NCBI RefSeq assembly: GCF_001194135.2
Contig: NC_068989.1
Span: 94,685,834 to 94,749,746 of the forward strand
Direction of reading: 5' to 3'
DNA from: Octopus bimaculoides
Lineage: Eukaryota
DNA: 63,913 bases
The position numbers were made by a program, and so were the translations under genes. Shown piece after piece: positions 48,684 through 61,901 of the stretch (position 1 is its first letter; every line of letters starts with the position of its first letter). The notes under the pieces were generated by a model. The model saw only the letters and a program-made list of their open reading frames with translations. It was not told where the DNA came from and did no database searches.

Positions 48684-51600
48684 GTGAGTATACATTTATA
48701 TATATGTTTAAAATCGCATACATACAAGCATACCTACCTACCTGTCTATCTATCTCTCCNNNNNNNNNNNNNNNNNNNNNNNNNNNNNNNNNNNNNNNNN
48801 NNNNNNNNNNNNNNNNNNNNNNNNNNNNNNNNNNNNNNNNNNNNNNNNNNNNNNNNNNNNNNNNNNNNNNNNNNNNNNNNNNNNNNNNNNNNNNNNNNNN
48901 NNNNNNNNNNNNNNNNNNNNNNNNNNNNNNNNNNNNNNNNNNNNNNNNNNNNNNNNNNNNNNNNNNNNNNNNNNNNNNNNNNNNNNNNNNNNNNNNNNNN
49001 NNNNNNNNNNNNNNNNNNNNNNNNNNNNNNNNNNNNNNNNNNNNNNNNNNNNNNNNNNNNNNNNNNNNNNNNNNNNNNNNNNNNNNNNNNNNNNNNNNNN
49101 NNNNNNNNNNNNNNNNNNNNNNNNNNNNNNNNNNNNNNNNNNNNNNNNNNNNNNNNNNNNNNNNNNNNNNNNNNNNNNTATATATATATATATATGCGCG
49201 CGTGTGTGTATGACAACGATATATGAGTTTAGGTGCTGTATTATATTCGAACATAATAATATTCTAATTTTGGCGTCTTGAAATTGCCTGCTCATAATAT
49301 TGTATCCCTTTGTGAGGGCTTCTGCAGCAAATACAGACAGATATAACACTATTTCGATTAATTCTATTTCTGGTTGGCTTAGGACAGCGCAAAAATGGCT
49401 AATTCACATTTACTTTAGCACCTTTCAATTCTTATTAAGACATTTCATTTCATTGAAGATTTTTATATATTTATTTCAATCTTTGCAGTTTTTTATTCAA
49501 TGATCTAAGATCCTTGACAAAGTTTTAAGTAGTTACCTTATCACGAAGATATATAACTAAACTGCAAATTTTATCTATATAAATGTTTTGATGTTCGTTT
49601 GATATTTTGAGATATTGCACTTCTATTCACAAAGTCATTGTGTCATTCTGAAAATAAGTGCCACACTAAACTTTATCTAAATACTAAGGAAGTATGTTCT
49701 CATTATTGAATAATTGCTTAATTTAAATAATAAGTCTAATCTTGTAACAGTGCATCTTACATTTAAAAAATAGAGTTTCAATTAATATCATCTCTTTCGA
49801 AATAAATTAGTGTTCAAGAAATCTTGTTTTCTCATGGAGAAAACTACTAGTTTAAATCTGTCAATATGTCTGTCATTGAGTGCCAAATTTACACGATTTT
49901 AACAAAATTAAAACCTATCTATGTTTTACATATTTTAAAGTAAATGATCGGGAAATTCATGGAAACAAGAACACACTTATGATTCCACACACATAAACAA
50001 ACACACAGGCACACACGTGAAAGGAATACATCTATGTTCACACAGTCATCGATCTCTACTGTTTCTCTTCACTGTCCAATGATTTTTGTGAAATATCTTA
50101 GTGAAAATAAAATTAATTCATTAGGCGATCAACTCAAGTCACAAAAAACATTACAAATGTTTTTTTTTATTTTTTTACTAATGCAACACTTTAACTATAT
50201 CAGTAAAGTATCAACACGTAGTATACGTAGTTAATGAGCGTAACTGCAAGACGAGAAGATAGCAAACATGTATAATTTGCGAGTAAATGGGTACATTTAA
50301 CGACTGAGCTTAATCAATTAATTTTCTTGGTCACCAAAAATCAACAGCGATGATAATTTAGTGGTATTTTCATTCAAAGCATCAAAATAATAGACAGAAT
50401 TCAACTTCCAAAATGCTACCAAAGTATGAGTGATCTGTCAATTGATTTCATGCAACATGCGAAATAGATTATACCATAATTCAACGTGAACATATCTTTT
50501 AATTACATGTAATTGAAAGTTAGGAGTAAAATACATTATATATTATACCAAGGAAATTCAGCGTAAATGCAATTATAAAATGAACGGAATAAATGTAGAA
50601 TTTCTTAAGACAAAAACTGGTCACTTTAAGTTTCTCTTTTGTCCTTGTTTTTTATGCTTAAAGAAATGTTGAAATCATTAATATATATCTGTTGTGGTAA
50701 ACGCTGTAAGCGAAGAAGAATTCGATCAAATTATTCTAGTATCCACTTTTCGATTTCCATTTGAATACGCTGTATTTGACTTATGCTACCAATTCATTTA
50801 CAGAATAGATGAACTCACCGCTGGTTTAATTGATTTGAGTCGAATCAACTCTGTTCAACTCATAGAAATTGTCTATGAATTTAACGATACAGAGAACAGT
50901 ACAAGTTTGCCAGGAACAAAACTATTTGGGAATTGATTGTTAAAATCAATAAAGAGGAAATGAAAATATTCTTTTATTTTGCGTTAGCTGAAGATCCCGT
51001 AATTGTGAATAAAGGGTCCAATTTATAAAATACAGCTCTGTGTGACCTGTTTTTATGTTTGCGTGGCAGGAATTCAGACTTTCAAAGCTGACTACAACAT
51101 ATGGTATCAAAGGAAGAAAGTTGAAATTACATAACGTTAATAATGTTAATCAAACTCAAGAAAAAGCAGCAGAAATGAATATAAATATAATAAATAGTAA
51201 CACAATGATTATATGAATACCAGTTGTATATTTGAGAAAGATATCAGTGATACAACAACATTTATTTTTTTAAAAACTGATATTAAATGAAAGGAAACGT
51301 AGCGATTACAACAACTACAACAAATAATAAAAGATAATTTAAGGGTTTTACTCAGAGGATGTATTCTTTAATAAGAACGAAAATATTACGGGATATATTT
51401 TGAAATTGTTGTTGAGTGCTAACTTAGGGAGGCAAACATGGCTTTTAGTTCGTTAGGTATTGGATTAATTCAATCCTTTGCATATACTTGTATGAGAAAC
51501 ATTGTGTGTATGTATATACATATATATNNNNNNNNNNNNNNNNNNNNNNNNNNNNNNNNNNNNNNNNNNNNNNNNNNNNNNNNNNNNNNNNNNNNNNNNN

Positions 51601-53099
51601 NNNNNNNNNNNNNNNNNNNNNNNNNNNNNNNNNNNNNNNNNNNNNNNNNNNNNNNNNNNNNNNNNNNNNNNNNNNNNNNNNNNNNNNNNNNNNNNNNNNN
51701 NNNNNNNNNNNNNNNNNNNNNNNNNNNNNNNNNNNNNNNNNNNNNNNNTATATATATATAATTATATCAGTCTTTAAAATTTATTTATGTTTTTTCTCCC
51801 CGACTCGTTTCAGCTATGAATTTAGTTTGCTTTCTCTGGTGCTGCAGCATAACTTCTTGCTATTTCCATAGTTTTATGCTAGATGTGTCTTGGTGAAATA
51901 AGAACTTTGATTTTTTTTCTGTAACTACTTTCACTTTCGCTTTTAAGATCTCACCACTTGTAATCGATTTAACTTCCTCGGATACTGCAGTCAGTGACGT
52001 AATGGTTGATTACGTTTATTGTTTGACTAGTCACATGAGAACTGATTTTATTCCTTGAAATAACAAGATGCATAGCAAAAGAACGACAAAGGAGAGTCAC
52101 TGCCAAAGTAAAATTAACAAAAAAAGAGAAGTAACTGTCGAGAAACAGAATACTTGAGAGAAACAGAAGCTTTTCACGAGTGTAAAACCTACGAACAACA
52201 TAGCTTTATCGTTTTGTTTCTCTTCCAAATAACATAAAGAGAAAAAAAAGAAGAATATATGACTGCATTCAGATAGGAATAAAAATTTCAGGAAGCGTTG
52301 AGAGGGAAGGACTGAGACACACGACATGAGCGCGCACACACACACATATTTATATATATATCTNNNNNNNNNNTATATATATATATACATATATATATTA
52401 TATATATATATACATATGGATATGTGTGTGTGTATTATGTGTATGTATAACAGAGAGACAGAGAAAGAAAGAGAGAATGAAAGAAACAACGAAAGGAACG
52501 CACAAACAAAAGAAATGAAAATAGATAAAGTGAACAGGAACTAACAAAAAAAAAGTAAAGCAATGTGATTTGGTATCGTATAGAAAATTACTAGACATGA
52601 GCTGCGGAGGTTATTAACATTTCTGTTGTAGTCCCTAGAAGAAAGTAATTTAGATGACACGGATACTAATGGCGAGCAGCAGAATTTTATTCGCTTTTCT
52701 TAATATATACATTTAGGAGGGGTTTTTTTTTACTTGTTTTACAAATTATTTTTACCGTATTCTATAATCCCTTACCATTTTCCTTTGAACTGAAATATTG
52801 ATCGAAAACGTTCCAGTGGCAACTGTGCTGGCTTTCATTTTCCAGATACAGCATGGCTTGGACTGTATAATGCTGGATTCTTTTGTGAAACGGTAGGGAT
52901 TTATTTCAGGGAGATGTGTCTGTTAATTTCACTAGAAACAGTGATCAATCATAGCGGCTCAAAACTTTGAAATATATTTCTTCAGATAAATAACGTCACA
53001 ACGTTGGTTAGACTTCTTCACAGCGTTTGTTTCAAATGTCTACTTTCGCTGTTCAAATGCCGCCGATCCACCTATGAATTTCATCATTTTACTGCCTCG

Positions 53100-53720
53100 A
53101 CGTCGATAAAAGAATAATTACCGGTCTTCTGTATCTGTCTTGACTTCCACATCTCTTGCAAACTGACGGCACATTTTCTTTGGTTACACAATTTTCAGTC
53201 CTGATGAGGCCTGTCTTCTTTCTGCGTTTCAACAATGGCTCCACGGCATTTTTTAATATACTACCCTAGGCTGTTTTCCTCTGTATCGATACAGTCCTGG
53301 CATCTGATCAAACCTCCCCATTCTTTCTTCTGGACAAGTACAGCCTGTCGGTGTCACTCTTAGGGTGGAAGGCTCCGTGTATTCTCAACATTCTTTTGGT
53401 CTTGGTATCCATTTTTTCACCTCTCTCTTTTGCTATTTTATAATTCCTACTACATACCAAAGTGATGCTATCGCCCACATGTTAACCGCTTGGATTTTAT
53501 TCCATCCAGTCAATTTTGAGCGCAGCACCGACCTCAGTCTTAGGAAATACTCCATCCTCAGTTGTTCTTTCATTTCCTTTTCCATTATTTCGTTGAGCTC
53601 TAGTAAACCAAGGTATTTTGTATCCTTCCATTTCAATTTGTTTAATCAAATCCCTATTCAGTAATTCTACCTCTGCTAGGGACTGTACCTTGCCTCATTT
53701 TAGGTAGATTATTCCGCATT
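53100..53720 (-). mobile_element. R4/Dong-like non-LTR retrotransposon fragment
   Basis: KYLGLLELNEIMEKEMKEQLRMEYFLRLRSVLRSKLTGWNKIQAVNMWAIASLWYVVGII..LRIHGAFHPKSDTDRLYLSRRK; same protein region as 16855-17260. Confidence 0.85.
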
Positions 53721-53737
53721 TCTTGAGTTCAAATTCC

Positions 53738-53783
<46 letters not shown>

Positions 53784-54490
53784 GCTATTATTATTATTTT
53801 TTTTTTTTTTTTTTTAATATTATATACATAGTTATGCTTGAAAGTTTATTGAATTCAAAAGTGTTTAATAAAGATAGAATCAGATACTATATAACAATGG
53901 GCAAGCAGAAAAAATAGAATATTTTAATAATAAAAACAAAACATAAAAGTAAAATAAAATAAACTTACTTTATTAGAGTCTGTCACCCATGAGAGTAATA
54001 TTGAGTTAGACAAGTAAAGACAAATAAAAGACTATTAGTCAGAATATTAAACTTTTCAGCGTTCCAGAGAAAATACCGGAAATATATATGGTGGAAAAAG
54101 ATAATACTTCAGGTTAAAACCATAAATAAATAAGAAGGGAGTATATCCCTGCTTATAAGAATAAGGGCATAAAGCGGGGTCAATATACCAGGTTTTAATT
54201 AAAACTTATCTTTAAAATAATTTAAATAGGATTTCTTCAAAACCGGCAGCAGGAATTTATTATATAGCGGAAACTGGGAATATCGTGTACAATGGACTAG
54301 TAATTAGATAGAGCTGGGCTATAGAATTATATAAGCTTATCGATAAATTAAAAATATAGCCAAAGTTATGGTCTATGCAGCAAAATGAAAAATTAAGGCA
54401 TAGTAAGCTATTAGCATAAATAAAGAAGTAATGGGTTTGGTGGATTTACTTACGTAGAGAAAACACTGTAAATAAAATTATTATTATTAA

Positions 54491-54711
54491 CCCTTTAAGT
54501 CTTACTGTCCTATAAAAAGGATAGTAAATTAGAACATTAAATAAGCTATATCACATTGCCCCAGTGTCCTATTTATAGGACACCGAGTATTTCTATTTCT
54601 ACTTAAAGTAGAGTTTTAATAATTACTTTTTTTCATTTTAACCTATTTTCAATCATTTGTAAAAATTTTAAAGTAATATTCAGAATTTTAAGTACTATCG
54701 GATTTAATGGG
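54491..54711. mobile_element. Possible piggyBac-type MITE
   Basis: TTAA|CCCTTTAAGTC ... GATTTAATGGG|TTAA; imperfect TIR; internal palindrome TGTCCTAT-TT-ATAGGACA. Confidence 0.45.
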
Positions 54712-55964
54712 TTAAGAGAGAAAGAAAATTCAAAAAGAGTTAGTTTAAGAAATATATCAATACTTAAACATTTAGCCAGAGGATAATTCAAGAAAGATAC
54801 AATATAAATATATTAATATATTGTTATCTCCTATATTAATAAATCAATATAGAGCCAGTGGACGCGGGTAACAAATATATACTTTAGTCTAAACTATAAT
54901 GTAGGTATGAAACACATGTATATGGATAGACAAATAAAAATTGATAGACAAGGGGAGGTAATAAACTAATAAATTACTGGAACCAAACCAAAAAAAAATA
55001 TTGAAATTAATGAATGAGATTTAAAAAATGCTATTACTTGACTACGCAATAACATACTATATCTTATGTTATTAAGTTATTTCATTTTATTTTAAGCTTT
55101 TTGCATTTTCACCTCTATAGTATTTAATTATATTGCATAGACCCAAAAGAATCCACTTTTAACTATTGTCATTATTTTGATTGCATGCACATTTAATCTT
55201 TAATTATAAGCTATTTTCTGGATTTCCCCCTTATTGGTAATTTAATTTGTACTTTATTTTTATTTTTTTATTTTTTATTTTTGTTTTATTCCCTTATCAG
55301 TTTCCTAATACTAATTTACACACTTCTTATCTATAGCATTAGTATTGGTGCATAATACATTGTAATATATTGCAATTATACTCATATACCTCCTTCCGCA
55401 TTTTCTTTTATTTAACACCGTAGAAGGATATATTGTTCTATTCTTACTTGTATTATAACTCCAATAAATATACTCCCTTCCTCCCCTTTGTAAGGTTTAT
55501 ACCATGTTCTGTATATATAAATTTTATCAGTTAACGGTTTGGAGCTGTATACTCAACAAGCAGGAATATGAACACCTAATTGTATATATTTAGCCAACTC
55601 TGATGAGATATGACTTTTGAATGGTTTTAATTATGGTAATTAATTTCTAAAGATCTGCAATCGAAACAACTGTCAGAGATGATGTATAATTTTTAATTAA
55701 TGAATAATTATTAATTATCTCTCTATTTTCTTATCTTCTTAAAATATATATAAACCACAGTTTATCTAGTTACCTTACAGTTGAATATTAATTATAATGT
55801 TCAACACTTTTTGAATAGGTAACTAAGAAGCATTTTCATTGGATTTTATCATCCCTTAATGAGGTATGTAACTTTTATTTGTGTGTGCGTATATATATAT
55901 GTGTGCGTATATATATATGTGTGTGTGTATGTGTGTGTGTGTGGGTGTGTGTGTGAATGTGTGT

Positions 55965-56100
55965 GTGTGTATTCACGTCCCAGTAACTTAGAAGTTCAGC
56001 GAAAGTAACTTATAGAGTACGTACCAGGTTACAAAAAACAAGACGTTGCTCCAGTTCGGCATGGCCGCAGTCTCATGACTAAAACAAGTAAAAGATAAAA
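55965..56100 (+). mobile_element. SINE family B 3' half, degenerate
   Basis: CGTCCCAGTAACTTAG..GGCATGGCCGCAGTCTCATGACTAAAACAAGTAAAAGATAAAAG. Confidence 0.7.
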
Positions 56101-56139
56101 GGCGGCGCATTTGCAATGCTTCTGTCGTTGTGTATTGTC

Positions 56140-56739
56140 CCAGCAGAGTTATACCAGAGCTGGTCCAGCAGAACCATATTTTGATGACCCTTATACCAGA
56201 GCTGGTCCAGCAGAACCATATTTTGATGACCCTTATACCAGAGCTGGTCCAGCAGAACCATATNNNNNNNNNNNNNNNNNNNNNNNNNNNNNNNNNNNNN
56301 NNNNNNNNNNNNNNNNNNNNNNNNNNNNNNNNNNNNNNNNNNNNNNNNNNNNNNNNNNNNNNNNNNNNNNNNNNNNNNNNNNNNNNNNNNNNNNNNNNNN
56401 NNNNNNNNNNNNNNNNNNNNNNNNNNNNNNNNNNNNNNNNNNNNNNNNNNNNNNNNNNNNNNNNNNNNNNNNNNNNNNNNNNNNNNNNNNNNNNNNNNNN
56501 NNNNNNNNNNNNNNNNNNNNNNNNNNNNNNNNNNNNNNNNNNNNNNNNNNNNNNNNNNNNNNNNNNNNNNNNNNNNNNNNNNNNNNTACCAGAGCTGGTC
56601 CAGCAGAACCATATTTTGATGACCCTTATACCAGAGCTGGTCCAGCAGAACCATATTTTGATGACCCTTATACCAGAGCTGGTCCAGCAGAACCATATTT
56701 TGATGACCCTTATACTAGAGCTGGTCCAGCAGAGTTATA
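56140..56739. repeat. 42-bp tandem array spanning an assembly gap (about 14 units if the gap size is right)
   Basis: Unit TTATACCAGAGCTGGTCCAGCAGAACCATATTTTGATGACCC; visible internal units identical, last unit has one substitution; bounded by direct repeat CCAGCAGAGTTATA (56140-56153 and 56726-56739). Confidence 0.95.
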
Positions 56740-57308
56740 GTGTTGCAGCAGTCTTCCCGTAGCAGTTGTATGACTGACAATCTTCATTAGCCTTCTTCAC
56801 TTATCCCTGTTGCAATACAGCATTACAACATGATCTCCTGATTTGTGTTTCATGTTTTCAAGTTCGTAAAGCATAATGCAGTAATCGTATCTATCCTAAA
56901 TATTTATGCTTCCTCATCTGTCTCCAAAAATTTATCCATGTTCCTACAGGAAAGCGACAAATGTGGTTGACGTTTTTCATAACTATCTCGCTTCTTTTTC
57001 GCTCTAAATATGTGTCGTGGATTTTAAAAATCGGCGTTATTTCAGAAATGATTAAAATGTTCATTAATTTTATCATTCTTAAACTGTCAATGTAACCTAT
57101 TTTCTTTCTCTTTTTTCTCTCTCACAATTATTGACAGATGAAAGGGAGAAAAATAAAAAAATAAAAACCCTGAGCTTTTTTATTGTGCGAAATGTCAGGC
57201 ACTTGCTTTTGTGTTTCTGTGAGAGCTTTCACAAATATTTTCCTCAAATGGAATAAAAAGATGTACTCAAGATATATGTGCGTGTACATACATACATACA
57301 AGCACACT

Positions 57309-57348
<40 letters not shown>

Positions 57349-59146
57349 CATTGTATTGTCGTTGTGTGCGCGTGTGTGTAGGAGGCAATGTGTACATATG
57401 AGCATATGAATGTAGTTTTCTGCATGTGATAATTCGATAATTAATGGAAAACTTTTGTGCAGCTTAAACAACTGAGAAATATAATTTAATGATTCGTATA
57501 ACAATTTTATATTCGTTTATTGCTACTTTATTGTTGTTTTTTTTAATTTCTAACTATAGTTTTCATTTGAAAATTGAACAGAAAGCAAATAACATGAAGT
57601 TGTCTCAACATGTGCTTCTGTCAAACATTTTAAAATAAGAAACATTTCAAAATTGACTTCAAAATTCATAGAAATTTCTAAAATTGATTAGTTGTGTTTA
57701 ATACACTAAAACGTTGGTCAAAATAAAATTCTAAATATCATTACGATAGCAAATATTAAAACAGACATGAAATAATCATATTTCGAAACTTGATTAAAAC
57801 TTGTTAAACATTTACTATCAATTATGATATAATTTATGAAAACTATATTTAATTATGTCTTTGGTTACGACTATAAACTTGCCAGTATTTAATCAGCGTC
57901 TCGTGTTTTCTCTTATATTAGACAGAAAACACTTAATAGAAAGCCAGCGATTTGGCGGAGTTGTTAGAGCTCCATATAAAATAAGATGTGATACTTAGCC
58001 TCTATACACTCCAAGTTCAAACCCTGCCATTCCACTTTACGCATTATCACTTCAAGGTCGACGAGTGTGTAGACCACAAGTTTCCTTTGTTTCGCACCGC
58101 TTACTCTTTGCCGAGCCCTTCATTCTCTGCCTCTTTAAAACGCTTTGTAGTCAGCATTTATTTTATTTGAGAGATTAGATGACAACGGATCAATATTCGT
58201 GTTTTCTAATGCTTCCTTGTTCATAGAGAGAATTTGTCATCAGTCACTTTGTACACTTTAGTAGAAGTCATAATTATTGTTTTGGTGGTAGATGCGATTT
58301 CCTCTATTGGTACCTATGTTTTGAACATGTTCTTTATTACAGCTATTATTATCCAGATTGAAACTTTTAAATGTCCATACTAATTATATCAGTTCTTTTC
58401 ACTTCGACATTTCTCGACATCCGCTCTAGCATTATTTTGGTCAGAGATCAAACTGTCTATCAATGTACAGAACATTTCTCCCTTATCCCTGATAATTATA
58501 ACTGGGAAGTGTTCCTAGATATTTTTTCTGTCTAGATGTTCTTCTTTGGTAGCAGGTACATTATAACGTGTTGTCTATTGCTTTCTTAAACAGCAATCAC
58601 ATGTTTTGTTCTTGTTCGCTGATACTTGATTAATGGAATTAATTTCACAATGTTTGCTTGTACAGAATGAAATTTAACAAATATTTTCAAACCCCGACCT
58701 CGGGTACGACAATTCCAGATTTTAACAGATTTACTCTTGATTAGTTTTGATGTTAATACAATGTAGACACAACGTGGAATCTTAGCATTTTCAAAACTGT
58801 CATTTCGACATGGTTTCAGTGTAATTTTAGCCTCATTTCATTCAGAAGTAAGCTATTTCCATGTCAGTCATACTGTTTATATAAACAACTTTCATCCTGT
58901 GGAAGGATCTGGTTAAAATACTTTGTGTCATGTAAGTAAATATGAAAGAATTACAGTTTAAAAAATGTCTCGCTATTTCATGTTTTCTTGTGGGCTTATG
59001 GCCCCAGCATTGATTTGGAGTAAACACTGTAAGATATGATTAAGGCTTACGACAAATTACTCAATAATCTCTACACATATACACACATAACACATACGTC
59101 GGCACCAAAATAGACAAACACACGCACATATGCATGCATATGTGCT

Positions 59147-59209
<63 letters not shown>

Positions 59210-59214
59210 GTATA

Positions 59215-59248
<34 letters not shown>

Positions 59249-59251
<3 letters not shown>

Positions 59252-59551
59252 TGATGGATTGGTAGTCGTCGAATTAGCTTTCTTCTTTCTGGTTTTGAGA
59301 AGCCTAATTTCTCAAGGTTGGCATTTAGTCAGTGTTTTACATATACCAGTGCCCTAATAATTACAGATATAAACCTGAACTTGTAATCTAGATAGAATAA
59401 TTGTAGATTTCTCAATAGTTCATCATAAGTGTTTTATTTTTCGAAGATCAACGAAAAATAAAACACACTGACTAAATACCAACCTTGAGAAATTAGGCTT
59501 CTCAAAACGAGAAAGAAGAAAGCTAATTCGAAGACTACCAATCCATCACTG
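59249..59551. repeat. Fold-back inverted repeat: 87-bp arms, 3 mismatches, nested 15-bp hairpin
   Basis: 59249-59335 versus 59465-59551; inner perfect stem GTGTTTTATTTTTCG / CGAAAAATAAAACAC (59429-59466). Confidence 0.95.
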
Positions 59552-61819
59552 GAACTGTAGAAATCTGTAAAACTTTCCTAAAGTTTATCATTTAAATATA
59601 TATGAGCATGTCTAGATATGCAACTATATGCATGAGAATACATACATAAAACATACAAATCTGCACATACATACATACATACATACATACATACATACAT
59701 ACATACATACATACAAAAACGCCCTGTTGTTGATGTTGAAATTCCAATGAAGGAGCCTTGGATCTAGGTGAGAAACCGGTTCTTTCTATATTGGCAAGAG
59801 ATCTTGAAATAAAATGAATAATTACATACATACATGCATAAGCAGCGAGTACAAGAGAGAAGACAAAAATGAAATAGAGACGGAGAGGCACAAACACACA
59901 CTATATTTGCGTGTGTTTGGGTGAGAAAGTGTATAGAGATAGAGTGATAGACAGATAGATAGAAAAACAGAGAGACAAACAGGCTGATGGAAGTCGATAA
60001 AAATATGATGGAATGGAAGATAGAAAAGAGAAAAGTAGAGCTGCAATACAAGTCTTAAAATCTGTTGTTTTTCAAAGACAAGAAATAGATAGCAAGAAAT
60101 GTTTTTAGTTCTGCAAAGTACAATGAGTGTACACACACACACACACAGATGTACATATATAAATATGTGTGCATATACATCTGTATGTATGTATGTGTAT
60201 GTATATATATATATATATCGGGAGAGAGAGAGAGAGAAAGAGACAGACAGACAGACAGACACACAGGCCGACAGACAGAGTATATTCGGAGAAATAATAA
60301 TTGGATTTCCTCTGTTGTCTACTCTGTATTTGAAATCTTACCTTATTTTTAGAGAAATGCTAGTGTATTCATACGTTCGTACTAACACGCATACACTCGA
60401 GGACATAAATGAATTAATTATATCTATATTTTCATGAATCTAGCGCTGCTTACGTCTTCGTATGTCTGTATGTCGCTCTCTCTGTTTCTGTGTGGTAATG
60501 GTGTATTTGTATCTGTTTGTACTTCGTTTATGAACCGACTGGAAAAGTATGTTAACCAATTTAATAATGAGTAGCGTGTAGATTGTATTTACTAACGCTC
60601 CATGGGGTTAACGTAGAAAGGATATGTATTACTACATAGCGATTTCTAAGGAAATAAAAGGGAAAGCTTCCTTCGTAACTCCTTTCGCATCACGGAGTGT
60701 TGGTTAATTGGGTACAAGTGTTAGTATATTAGCAGAGAAATCGTTAATGTTCTGCTGAACATTACTATGAAACTAACAACTAAATTAATACTAGCCGCTG
60801 ATAGACACAGCATGTGTAAAAATGGTTGAATTTGACCAAGAGACGATTGTTATATATTATATATACTATTAGAGTATAAGATATGTATTCAGAGAATCGT
60901 GTGATTATGACAGAAAGCTCCTCCAACGGATTCGGCTATCAGACTATGTAGTAATCCAATACAGAGAAATGTAATGCAGTGTCCATGCGGCTGAAATCCA
61001 GAAAATCCGAGCAATGAAGTTGCTTCATGCAGTAACTTTGTATGTATGTATGTATGTATGTATGTATGTATGTATGTATGTATGTATGTATATAGAAACA
61101 CACAATGGTAGTAATTAGAATCAATCCTTTTTTTCTAAGTAATTCTGCATGAATTAGGACTCAGCAATCTTAAGCTGACAATTATCCTAGATGCTACTGC
61201 AGCCCACACGATGCTACGTTGTCATTTGATGATTAGAATGTCTGGTACTCTGTCTCAAAACTTTTATACTGCAGGAAATTTGAGATATGTGTTCTTGTTG
61301 ATTATTGGTATATCGAACTTATTGATAATTTATCAAATATATGAAGCCTTATTTAATGTAGCTTATGTGATTTCGATATGCCCGTCCATATCTTACCTTT
61401 TTCATGCCTGCTTTGAGTGTGCCGTGGTATTTCCCTTATGATGGTTAAATGTTTTCTGTTTATAATGAATTGTGTTTTCTTCTACGTCACAATACTACTG
61501 ATACACAATACGTTTACTCATGCAACTGTTATCCAAAGAGCACGTTTCAGTGTTTATATTCTTACAACTATCTCCTCGTGAATCCTTCACTTTGGATTGA
61601 ATTGAAGTGTTTCGTGGGTAAGGAGTAAAATTAGTTTTGTTTCGAGATAAATCGAGATAAATAATTATAACAGGTATGTTTCAAGTGTGGTAGTGTGGAT
61701 ATTTATATTTTGTAGTTTATGAAACTTATGTCTTGGCAGAGAGTTTGGAATGGGGTATCGGCTCATTAATACCAGGAGTTACATATACAGTGAATATATC
61801 CGAGTCCATTACGTTAAAC

Positions 61820-61901
61820 AAGACTAGAGGGCCGAAGGCCTCAAAGGTGACCTCCACAGGAGCCAGAACGAATGCCGCCCGAAGGGCAGCTTCAAGACTA
61901 G
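61820..61901 (+). mobile_element. Helitron-type 3' end with two GC-rich hairpins
   Basis: GAGGGCC-GAA-GGCCTC and GCCGCCC-GAA-GGGCAGC, then 7 nt, then CTAG|T (61898-61901). Confidence 0.55.

Noticed and set aside
50694-50936. 80-codon plus ORF and a strong minus donor (GCG|GTGAGT near 50813-50818)
   Set aside because: No homology recognised; ORFs of this length are expected by chance; upstream minus frames contain stops.
52800-52892. C-type-lectin-like words (GNCA..AWLGLY..FFCE) on the plus strand
   Set aside because: Too short, cysteine spacing does not fit, and there is an in-frame stop just upstream.
53201-53240. CTGATGA as a hammerhead core
   Set aside because: No stem II or GAAA follows; it lies inside antisense LINE coding sequence.
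54333-54345. AAGCTTATCGATA resembling a HindIII-ClaI polylinker
   Set aside because: Only 13 nt, AT-rich, no flanking vector sequence.
56140-56739. CRISPR-like interpretation of the 42-bp array
   Set aside because: No unique spacers, no cas genes, eukaryotic context.
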